A stretch of 64,000 nt of DNA from contig RSEE01000001.1 in the NCBI GenBank assembly GCA_003971905.1, positions 186,001 through 250,000 of the forward strand. Reading direction: 5' to 3'. Source of the DNA: Moniliella sp. 'wahieum' (Eukaryota). Positions 50,801 to 61,979 of this stretch are shown piece by piece (position 1 is the first letter of the stretch; each line of letters begins with the position of its first letter). A program made the position numbers and the translations under genes. The notes beneath the pieces were generated by a model. The model saw only the letters and a program-made list of their open reading frames with translations. It did no database searches and was not told the origin of the DNA.

Positions 50801-51983
50801 GAGCGCGGGACCGGGACGCAGATCTCGCTCTGTGTGCCTGTGGAGCGAGTGCAACGGCTCGAAGGGGAGGAGGAGGAGGAGGATCTGGTGGGCGGGGGCG
50901 CGGGCCCAAGGTCCTCGTCGTCGGGGCTCAGCTACTATATCGAGCCGTCGCCCAAAGTGGCCTTGATTGCCTTTGCTCGTCTCGGTCTGGTCAAGAGCGG
51001 CTTGGTCCCGGCCAGTTCCATGGCCGAGGCGGACGTGGTGGTACTGGACACAGTGGACACGTCGGTGTTCAACTTGATTTCGGTCGATTTGCGGCCGAAT
51101 GCCAAGGTGGTACTGCTGGGTTCGTCCGGGATGGCGTTGCCTTCGACGGGGAGGTTCATTGGTCATCCCGTGCACGTCATGCGCCCGCCGCATGGCCCGC
51201 GAACTTCGGCGCATGATGACGTTTGTGTGCAGGACGAGCAGGCGAGGGTGGTGCACGATCCGGCGGTGCTCCTGCGGGACTGGGATACCGTCTCGGTGGC
51301 GTCGTCCACCGCCACCTCCATCTCACCTTGGAACATGCGCAAGCGCCTCGACCCACCTCTCTCGCCGCCCACACCTTCTGGCCCGCTTGCGCCCCCGGGC
51401 CCACGACACTGGTCCAGACCAGCTCGGCGGTGCCGCATCCGGTCTTGCCCGTGGCCGAAGCGCTGGCGCGTCCAGACGAGTTTAAAGTGCTGGTGGTGGA
51501 GGACAATCCGATCAACATGCGGCTATTGACCACGATCGTCAAGCGACTGGGCTTCCACTATGCCGAAGCAGTGGATGGCGCGGATGCGGTGACCAAGTAC
51601 ACACGGCGTTCCAACCGGTTGTCGTCTTACTTGACATTTCGCTTCCCGTCCAAGACGGGTTTGCTGCCGCGTTGCAGATCCGTGCGAGTGCGGCGCAGCT
51701 GGGCCTCACCCCTCTCGTGGTCGCTATCACGGCCTTGTCCTCCGAACAAGACCAGCAACGCGGGCTGTACGAGTGTGGGATGGACTTGTGGCGGACCAAG
51801 CCCGTGTCGCCGCGCTCCTTGTCGGCTGAGTTGCAAGACTGGTTCCAACGCTGGCTTGCTCAACCCACTGCCTCCCTTCCTGCCTCGCCCGGACCAGTGC
51901 CTACGCAAGCCCACGCGCCGACGGACAAAGACGCACCTCGCTGGCCTTCGCTGTTCTCGTCCGAATCTGTACCGTGGAGGTGA
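47824..51983 (+). CDS. Hybrid histidine kinase (GAF - HisKA - HATPase - receiver)
   Basis: GAF SLCSHAML..DWRF..FRFYAAVPI; H-box QHELRTPLHGILG; GNAFRFT, ISDTGAGM, GAGLGM; receiver VLVVEDNPIN..LDISLP..TKPV. Intron 48200-48315. Confidence 0.93.
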
Positions 51984-53131
51984 CGGGGGAACATGGCGGG
52001 TCCCTGGGCTAAGAGGGTTAGCGATGACGCATTTGGTTGGTTGGGGGGCTGGTCCCGTGGTTCTGGTCCCTGGGTATAAGGCCCCGTCCCCGCCCCCGTT
52101 CCGGTTCCAGTTTCGGTTTGGGTCGACTGTTCTGATTTTGTTTCCTTTTGGTCCCCCCTTTTGGTGCCTCCCCCCTCCTCCCCCGGTTGTATGTCCGTTC
52201 CGGCGTTCACCCACCTGTACTGTTGTGGCAGCTGCCACCTGGGGTGGGATTGGACCGACCACACACTTTACACGGTGCCTCGGTTCTGGATTCTGGATTC
52301 TGAGTTTTCGTTTTTGGGTTCTTGGTCCTCGGTTCTGGGTTTACGCGTTACGCGCGGGACGTGTGTATGTGGTTGTTGCTTTTCATCTTTGGCTTTGACT
52401 ATGGCTTTGGCTCTGGTTTTTTTGTGGTTTGGTTTGCTTTCATGGTTTTCTTTTTCTTTCGCACTCGCACTCGTACTGTTCCTCGTATCTTCCTCCACTT
52501 CACTTTGTTCGTCTCGGTCTTTATTCTTCCGGAAAGGATTCTTCTCTGCACCCCCCCCTCCCCCGGCTCTGTCCCCCCTCTCCATTTGCCCCCCCCCCTC
52601 TACCCCGGTCTGACTGGCATAGCTACAGACCCTAGTTGATGCGCTGTAATTGCTATGTTTTCGCACTGGACAACCTAGCCGGTACGACGGCCAGGATGAT
52701 TCATGTGCAGGCAGGGAACGACGCGAGCCAAGCACCGAGGCAGCGCTCTCTTCCCCTGCTCGGTCCGTACCGAATTAAGGACTAGGATAGTGCTGATGGT
52801 GGGTAGCTGGCACGGAGATATAAGCTGGGTTAGGCACACAACAGAAAGATGAATGCCAGATGAGGACGAAATGGGCAAGGGAGGGGTGGCTTTGATTAAT
52901 TTTGTTTGGGACAAGAAAGATATTGAGGCAGATACAAGCCAGGCGGGAAGGACACAGACAAGGACAGACACGAAAGGGAGACAGGAGATCCCCGCCCAAG
53001 TAGGACTGGCAAGGCGCTGCCACAATGAACGTGTTGTGTTCTATACCGAGTCGCGGGCAGTTTGGGTCCGGCTTGAAGCTTGAAGCTGGAACGCTGAACG
53101 TTGGGCGTGAGGCTGGCGAGGACCTCGCATG

Positions 53132-56100
53132 TCACATCGCATACCCCGGCACGGGCGGCGGAGGGACGGCCGAGCCCACCTCGGCCTCTTCGGCCACCGT
53201 CGAGGGCGGAGCAATGTGGAGCGCATCAAGCAAGTCCGCCACCGAGCTTGTCTCGCCCGCAGGGAGGGCAGGCGTACGACCCCGCCGCGCCCCGCCCGGT
53301 GCATGACGATGGGAGCCCCCTCGGCCCTTGGCCACCGGCACCAACACTTCCTCCCTTCCCTTGGATGCGGTGGCGCCCGGCCGGTCCGCCGAGTCGGCAT
53401 CGCTCGAATCGTCCTCGTCCGACTCGAGACGGGCTGACGGCGGCGGCACACCGGCCAACGCCGAACGTAAGTCCGATACCGTCGTCGGTCCCGCCCCTCG
53501 TGTCTCGGCGCCCGAGGGAGCACGGCGGAACAGCGATCCCGATCCCACCTCCTCCGACGTGTTGGTGCCATTGCGACCCGCCACGCCGGGTAGCATCGAG
53601 CGTTCCTTGGGCCCTACACTGCCCCCGCCCACGCTGCGGCGATACGAGGCGTGCGAGTCACCTGGCAACCCGCCGCGCCAGGTTGCCCCCCCCCACCGAC
53701 CAAATGGGGCTGAAGCAACGAGGCCGAGGCGAGTGATTTGCCCCCATGTCCGGCGGACCAGGCCGTGGGGGAAACCAGGTTGAGCCCCGAGTAATCCGAA
53801 GGACCAAAGCCCGTGTCGTCGGCCTTGGCCGCAAAGGGAGAGGTGCCATTGAAGCTGTCGGACACCGCTTGCTCTACAGACCAGGGGCGGCGGAACCATT
53901 GGGCCAACTGTGCCTGGCTCAACGTCGTGGCCGCCTGCAGACCAGGCGCTTTGCTAAAGTACGAGATGAGCGTTTCGTGGTCAATCACGGGTAGCATCTT
54001 GAGCACCGTCTCTTCAAACCCAGCCGGCGCGTCGCCAGGGGGGAAGGGCGACACATCTTCCGGCGGCTGAAGCGACAAGGGCGCCAAGGGCATGTTCATT
54101 TCTGTCGGTGGGAGCGTTTCGAGGTGCTGACAAACAGAAGAGAGGGAACGTTAGCGTTAGCCATGGACAAAAACAAGTAAGAGACGGGTATCCGACGATG
54201 CAAGACATACGTCCAGGAACATGTTGTGCAGTTCGTAGGCGCCCACTTTTTGAGCCGCCAAAGCATACGTGTGAAGGATAACCCCCTTGATCGCGTACAG
54301 CCGCTGCACCTCGATCCCACCCCACAATGTGGGGATGAGGTAGTGTTCGCGCCGCTCAAACTTAGACGCCAGGCGCGAGGGGGCTTGGTCTTCGAGGTAC
54401 ATCAGCATGGGCAGCAGAGCCAGTAAGGCCGAGACGGGCAGGTGGTTGACCGCGTTCTCCAGGATCGCCTTGATCGCCCCATAATCAACGGGATTGGCCG
54501 ACGCAATAAAATCGGGCACAATCGGCCGTTGCGCGTTGCTGTTGGTAACTTCGACGCCAACGAGCAAGTCGAGGGTGCGAGGCGATGTCACATTATCCGG
54601 CACAAACAGGGCACGCGCTACGCACAGCTCAAACAACCCCGCCGACACGGCATGGAGTGTGCCGATCGTCTGCTCCACCGACCGAATGTAGGCATTGTTC
54701 CACGGTGTCTTGCCGACGCTCGCCTTGGCCTCCTCGGTAGCCGGCAGCTCGCTCACGGCGGAGCCAGTCGATGTCGTCTCGGCGCGAAGGAAGAGGACCA
54801 GGGTCTGGGCAAAGGCGAGGCGGCAAATGGCCGAAGGCCACGCCAAGAGTCCTGAAATGGGGTGCAACACACTCAGCGGAATGTTAGCCACCGTCTTGTT
54901 GGACAATGCATGAGCCGGTCGTTTCAAGCCTCCCTTGGCGCCTGCCGCTGAGGGGCCAGCCAAGGGTGTTGACCCGTCGATCGGTGCCACGTCCGAGCCA
55001 TCCTGGCTTCCGCGCTCTGCATCTTCAAACACGTCCCCTTGGGCGTCCACCTCGATCTTGGCCGCAGGCTGGGGCAGCAACGTATCCGAGTTCAAGTTGC
55101 GCAGGGTGGCCATCAATGCATAGAGCAAAACGCGAATGCTCTCGTCCTTTTGCTGTTCTTCATTGGTATCAGCCTGGTGAGCGGGGGCATGACCGCCATA
55201 GAGCGATTCGGTCTCCCCAGCCGCGACGGCGACAATGTCCGATTCCGGCCGTTGCAGAACCTCAATCCGCTCGGAAATTTCTTCGGCAATGTCGGCCATT
55301 TGCTCGGCATAGTACACATGGTTGCTCAGCGCCCCAATCGTACGCACCAAGGCGGGGAGCAAAGGGTCGTCCAAGTCGGCATGCACACGCTGAATGGTCA
55401 AGCTGAGGAAGTTGTCGACCAACTCGGAAGTGGCCAGGCCAATGAGGGACACATTGCTCTCCAACACGCGTTGAATCATCATCACCAGCGTTACTTGCTG
55501 CACACTGGGTTGGGTTGCGATGCGGTGGGTGCCACGCGCATCGGTGCCAGCGTCCATCAGCCGATCGGCCAGTACATGGACTACCGTGCAGCGGTACTGC
55601 ACGCCAGTCCACAATACGTACAGGTTGGCAAGCCAGGTGCACCACGCCGTAGCTCGCCAGTAGGAGTGGGCAGCGGGACGCTTGCCTTCGATAAAGTCCA
55701 GCGTCTGGACAGTCAACAGCTGCAGTTGGCCGGCATCTGCGCTCGAGAGGAGGGCATGAAGAATGCACATTGCCTCTTGGGCCACGTTGCGCGCCGACAA
55801 GGTCGGATCGTGCGCAGGTGCCGCCCCATTCTCGGCTGCCTCCGTGTGCGCCCGAGCGCGCTCGGCGGCGTAGTGGGACGGGGAGGTGCGCGAGGCGAGC
55901 TGGCCGCGCGTCGAGTGCGCGGCCGCAGCCAGGTCCTCCTCCAAGTCGGACGGCGTCAGCTCGCGAGCGGCCTCGTCGAGATAGGCGAGATCGATCGTGT
56001 CGCCAGCCACGGGGCCGGCCGCGGTAGCCGAGGCAGACTTGTCGGAGGTCGGCGTCACGTTGACCAACAGCGCGGGGAGGAGATGGCAGTGAGTTGGGCA

Positions 56101-56735
56101 AAGTTCGAGCCATAAAGTAGTTCCCCGCTCACCAGCCCGCGCAAGGCGGCGAGCCCGGCAAGACGCGCACGTGCCGTGTCGTCCTGGTCCAAGCCCTTGA
56201 GGTTGGCCGAGGGGTCGGCACAGGCCAGCGCGGCAAAATCCACCAGGAGCGCGCTGAGCGAGGAGCGCGATCCCACGTCGAGGATGGTGATCTGGGGGTC
56301 GATGAGGGTGGTGAAGGCATAGAAGAGGCTGGCGGCGCGCATGGTGAGCTCAATGTCGCGCTTTCCGCCGGGCGCGGCGGTGCGGGCAGCGCCGAGGGTG
56401 GCGAGGAGAATGGCCTGGACGGGCTTTTCAAAGTAGTTGAGGCTCAAGGGGGTGTTGTGGACGAGGGCCTCGGCGATGGCGAGGGTGACCATGAGCGCGG
56501 CCTTGTCCTGGTCGTGGGGGCGGGCGAGATGGCGGGCATAGCCCTTGGCGCGCTCGGCGAGGACATGGCCGACCTTGAGGAGCTTGGGGGGCTTGTTGGC
56601 GGCGTAGTACTCGAGCTTGCCGAGCTCGTTGGAGTTGGGGCGGTACTCGGGCGCGGCGGCGAGGAGGGCCTTGGGGGGCGGGTAGCATGCATCCACCAGC
56701 GCGCGGTGGTTTGGCTTCGGCAGCCCAGGCGGCAT
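53132..56735 (-). CDS. EFR3: EFR3 (plasma-membrane PI4-kinase complex scaffold)
   Basis: N-terminus PNHRALVDACYPP..PNSNELGKLEYYAANKPPKLLKVG; later LVRTIGALSNHVYYAEQMADI; long armadillo-like helical body; intron near 54105-54210. Confidence 0.9.
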
Positions 56736-57062
56736 CGCTGCAGGGGGTGGTCGCTTGGAGCACCGGCGCCGGCGGGCAGCGCGCCCGAAGCAGCCGGCTT
56801 CTGCGTGGGGGCAGTCGGCGGGCGCCTGCAAGGGCCCGCCCGCACGGCGCCCCTCTGTGACGTCGCCCGCACGCGCTCCCTACGAGCACTGGCCCCCTGC
56901 CTGTCTGCACTGCGCTTGCGCTGCCGCTGGCTGTCTTCTGCTGCGGCCGCAGCCGCTGCATCCTCCCAGTATCCATCCACTCATTAACACACGCCCGCCT
57001 CTGGCCGCCGCCCCCTCACGCTCACGCCTCACGTCTCCCACAGCCTGCCAGTCCACACAGCG

Positions 57063-59047
57063 TCAGTACCCCGCCTTTCCCGCCGACCTCCCCGGACAAG
57101 TCACGCACAGAGGCACCGACACCACCGCCGCCGCCGCCGCCAAGCCGCCTTGGCCACCCACACCGTCCCCGGCATGCCCGCCGGCAGCGACCAGGCATAG
57201 ATCCCACTCAGCAGCAGCGGCGTCACCGAGTACACCAGCGCACACATCATCTGCGACGCCGCCAGCGCCTGCGCCTGCAGGTCCTTGGGCGTCTGGTTGA
57301 CAAACAATGCCGTCCGCAAACTTGTTCCGCCCGCGCCCATCTCGAGCAAGACGAGTGCCGTGCTCTGCACCCAGAACGGGTGCCGTCCCATCCACCCCGG
57401 CGCACGCCGATTGCCGCTGACGGCAATCAGCAGGAACGCAGCACAGCTACACAGGTACGACAGCACCATGATCCCCGCGTCCAGCGCACCTACCTGCGCC
57501 TCCTCCTTATCGGCCCCCGCCCCGGCTGACACTGAGTTGTCGCCCGCGTCACTGTCGCTGCCAGGTGCACCCTCTCCTGCCTCCTCATTCTCTTCGTATC
57601 TTCGGGGCGGGCGAGAGGAGGGCCAATGAACGTGCTCGTCGGCATGGCGCCTGTGCTGCTCGGCGGAAACGAGCAAGGGCGAGGTTTCGCTCGGTTCCGC
57701 CTCCCGAGCGGGATCGGGCCCGGGAGCGGGCCCGGGAGCAGAGTCGGGATCGGGTCGGGGAGCAGGGCGACGGCGTTGGGCCAAGTGGGCAGTGAAGCGG
57801 CGCAAGTGGGTGAGGAGAGAAGGGAAGATGATGACGAGGAACAGGGCACGGGAGCCTTGAAGCACGGAAATCAACATTCCATTTTGCTCCACGCCCGCGT
57901 GCAGGACATCGGCATTGTAGAGCAACAGGAGGGGCAGGATAAACACTTGAAACGCTTCTTCCAGCACAATCACCACTGCCAAGTGACGACGCATCCAACG
58001 CATCCGTTTCCGCTCCGGCCCATCCCGCTTGCCTTGATCTTGCGGCGCAGGGCCAAGGAGGAGAACAAGAGGATAGAGAAAGGTGGGCCAACGAGAATCA
58101 GCGACCTCGGGCTCGGTGGCCGACGTGGCCGACATGGTACTCGCTCGACTTCCTAGCCTGGGACGGCCATGCGCACAATCCCGATCGTACCATGTGTGGC
58201 GGGCAAACGAGCTTCCTGGGTCGGGCTCGGCCCGCCCGGACGCCGACGGCTCCGACTCGGTCTCGTACTGCCACCCGTCCCAAAAATGGTGGGCAGTGGA
58301 GCGCTTGGATTCGGGCACGCTGACCAACACATAGCCGAAGCCCACGGCAAACGTAAGCGAGGCCGCATAAAATGGGGCATCAAACAAGCCCGTCAGCGTA
58401 GGCAGGTAGCCACCCAGCGATGAGCCAGGGAACGCGCCCAGCTGGCCCACCCCTTCGATCAGCGACAGCATCCCGGCCCGGTCGTCAGGCCGGGTGGTGT
58501 CGACAACGTACTCTTGCATCGCGGTGCGCAGCACAATGCCCTGCGCGGCCTCGAGAAAGATAACGGCAACAAAGATGAGCGCGGCCGATGCAATCGCGTC
58601 CGGCACGAGGGGTGCCACGGCGTAGACATTGTACCCGATGGTCAGAACGAGGAGCGTGACGAGCAATAGCGGTTTCCTACCAAAGCGCTCGGTCAGCGCT
58701 GTGACCCGGGCAAGGACAAGAAGAGCAAAGAGCGCGCCCGTGGTGGCCATGGCGGCGGCGTAGTTGGATGTGCGCTGAGCGACCCAGGGATCGTCACAGC
58801 TCGTCTCACCGTCGGGTGCGCCGAGGGCGGGGCCCCAGGCACTGGCCTGGACGCGGCACACGATGCGCTTGTACACGGCAAACATGTTGGCCAGCGGCAC
58901 GCTCTGGGCCAGGCTAGTGAGCAGCGTCAAGACGGCCATCTTGTACGCGCTGCGCCTGCCGGGGCGCAGGTTGCGCGCCAGGCGACGGGCGGTGGCGCTG
59001 GCGCGACGCACGCAGCCACCCAGCGAGCGGGGGGGAGGGTCGGCCAT
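57063..59047 (-). CDS. MFS transporter (TetA/SLC46-like) with long hydrophilic loops
   Basis: Motif A LTERFGRKPLL, YVVDTTRPDDRA, PGSSLGGYL, VPES; about 12 hydrophobic segments in ORF 57101-59200. Confidence 0.88.
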
Positions 59048-61979
59048 GCGGCGAGATGGAGAGGGAAGAGCGAGCGAGGCGGGCAGAGGGGGGGTTGGGT
59101 CTGCGTGGCCCAGGCTGGCCGGCTGCCCCGTGCCCGAGAGGGGGCAGCTGGGCAGTGTGCCGCCTGGCGGCCTCCGATCCAGTGACATCATCAGCATCAT
59201 CTTTGCCGTAGTGCTAGTGACCTAGTGATCGATGATCGGTGACTGTCTCTTGTGACATGTGACAAGCTCCAACGCATGTGCACCGGCGAGCCGGCGACCT
59301 AACATGCTGACATCTGAGTCTGAGGCGAGAGCAATGGCCCAAGCAACCTGCCCCGTAACACGTAACCCTCCAACACAAGTGAATCCAGGCGCTGCTCTGG
59401 TTGTTGTACCGCACCCCACTGCCCACGCCGTCGCCAAGTGAGCGCTGAAAGCAGGGTATAGGTCATGGGGGTCGCGAGATGGGCCCCACTGTCAGCGCCA
59501 TCATGCATGCAGCTGATCACGCATCACGCATCGCGCTGTTCTATCCGACTCTCCCCTATGTTCTGCCCCTCATGGGCTCCTCTCTTGGAATAGATCCATC
59601 ACCTCCTCTCTCTCTCTTCTTCTCTCCGTAGGCCTTTGTCCTCGTTATTAACACCCACCCCTGGAGTTTAGGGTTATGGTTTGGACGGCCAATCGGAGCC
59701 ACGTACGGTATTTTTGGCCTCGGATCCTGGTCCAACCGAGCTGGTGGAGAGGCGAGGGAGAGACCCTCTAGTTAGAGTGGCTGCCTGCGTGCAAAGGCCC
59801 TGTTGAAGGGGTCCAGGAACTCTGGGGTAACCTGGATTACCTGGGGTGTTGTCACATTCGACGCGCTGTAATAGGCGGAATCAGACGGAGTCCTAATGAA
59901 GAGCAAGAGCGAGTAACTTCCGCTTGCAGTGGAACCGAGACGCGAGTCGTAAATTCGTAAGGGTGGTAGAAGGTGGAAGGGCAAGAGAGGGATGGAAAGG
60001 TTGTAAAAGGGGCATGTGTAACAGGGTGAACAGGGTGGTCAATAAGGACCACAGCGAGCAAGCCTTAGGGCTGCTTATATACAGAAGGAACCAGCCCTCA
60101 AGTGCCTCATGACAGGTATAAACAGATCCGGGGAACTTTCCAGAGAGGTGAAGACTACTTAATACGCAGCCCATGTTCTCACAGGCGCTGACACTGGGCG
60201 ATCGGGCGCAGCAGGTAAATGGTTCTGCCAAGACTACTATAGGCGTGACAGGCACAACGCATCGTACCGATGAGTCCATGCGACCATGGCGGGCCACGGG
60301 ATGATATCCGCAGCATCAGTAGATAAGGTTTCCGCTGGTTCTTCTCTCTCGCTAATAGTCTAACGGGACTGACGCGTGTTTCTGGATGAGAGATGTCTAC
60401 GACATGCGGGGTTCAGCGTCAGGAAATAACCGGAGCGCCCCGTCCTACTCGCCATAGTGCCGTCGAGGCCGACCAAGACGAGCACAAGAGAGCCCCACAT
60501 GGGCTTTGATCGGTATATCATGTTGAGCCATCGGGTGGCTCGTGCTTTGGCCAATGTCCCTTCAGTTCCTCCTCAGGCCTGGGAGTTCCGTTGTTTTCTC
60601 TCTCTTGTTTTTCCCTGTTCCGCAGCTTAGCCCCTGGTGGCGACTCGCTGCTTGGTGTTCCTCTGTAGACGTTGCTGGTTGGCTTAGACCATTACCACCA
60701 CCACTAGTGCGATTGCATCACCCTCGAGGACCATCTGGACTCCAGGTCTCGTCAAGCTTGAAGCTTTGGAAGGGAAATGGTATTGTCCAGGGGCACCGCC
60801 CTGCCCCGTTCGGCGCTTGTCTCCCAGTTGCCTCCCTTGTACTGGCATATACCACTGCCCCATCGCCACCTACTCAGTACCTGTCTTGTGTGACTCTCAC
60901 CCGACGGCGCGCCATCGGCCCCTGCTGGCACCATACATACATCATGCATCGTCACCTGCCCATCCCATGTGGCTCCACACGCGACCTCCATCCACCGTCC
61001 ACTGAGCATCGCATCAGTCCTCAATTCTCAAAGGCCTTACGGCCTCGTCCCGGCCTCCCGGCCCCAATGCCAACTATGCTTCAATCCTCCATCTTCGCTT
61101 TTCGCACATCGTACCCTATGCCACTGCCTATCTCGGTTCGTATATGCAATGGTACAGGGAAAATCTCCTACCCCCGACCGCGCACCGGCACCGGTCACCT
61201 GGCACCTGGCACCCCTGTCAGCCCTTTGCAGGCCAAAGTCAGCTGGATGCAGAATGTGAATTGCAACAGAGCAGGAGGGAGTGAACATCCGGCTGGACCG
61301 TCCTACGCCACGATGAGTACCGGACCGTGCGGAGTGGGAGCGAGAGTGAGGGCGTGCTGTACTCTTCCGCGCCCGGTCCCCGGTTGGCACGGGCAAGGCG
61401 CAAACCAGCAGCAACAGGAGAACAGTGAGGAGAGAGAGAAAAAAAAAGGATGGGGGTCAAGGGAAATGGGAAATGGGCACTGGGCAATTGGCAATGAGCA
61501 ATGGGCAACAGTGGTCAAAGGCGAACAGAACATAATAGAACACGAGGAGCAGCACGACGGCGAGACAGACAGAGGAAGAGGGGAGCAGGAGGGTGGGACA
61601 AAGGAGCGGGAGGGGAAGGAGGTCGACAAGGGGGTGGTCCATGAAACCAGACGTACCAACGTTCCCACGCATGCAGACAGAGGGTCGAGAATTGCAGCAA
61701 ACAGTAGTAAGGCCGAGAATGGGATGGGGGGGAGAGTAGGGACAGGAAGATGCGGGAAATGGGCACAGCAGGTAGACAGGCAGGAAGGCAGGCATACAGA
61801 CTGGGCACCGCACCGCCGCACCGAAAGCAAAGCCACGGGGTGGTGGTGGTGAGAGCAGGGTGAGCGGTTGGGTGGTGGGGTGGCGATACAAGGCTCCGAG
61901 GACTCCCCAAGGCGACCACCGATCACCGACCAACCCAATGCAATCCAATCCAATTCAACTCAATTCCATTCCATTCCAT

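Noticed and set aside
49730..51256. Long antisense ORFs (508 aa here; also 55039-56115 and 27438-28253)
   Set aside because: Shadow ORFs of GC-rich coding sequence on the opposite strand; no recognisable motifs.
59665..59678. TTTAGGGTTA as an interstitial telomere
   Set aside because: Fewer than two full units; expected by chance.
59760..60540. Short minus-strand ORFs between the MFS and PSR1-like genes
   Set aside because: No recognisable domain or consistent frame, so a gene call cannot be supported.
60542..61852. 436-aa plus-strand ORF
   Set aside because: Non-ATG start, low-complexity purine tracts and no domain; it overlaps the probable 3' flank of the PSR1-like gene.
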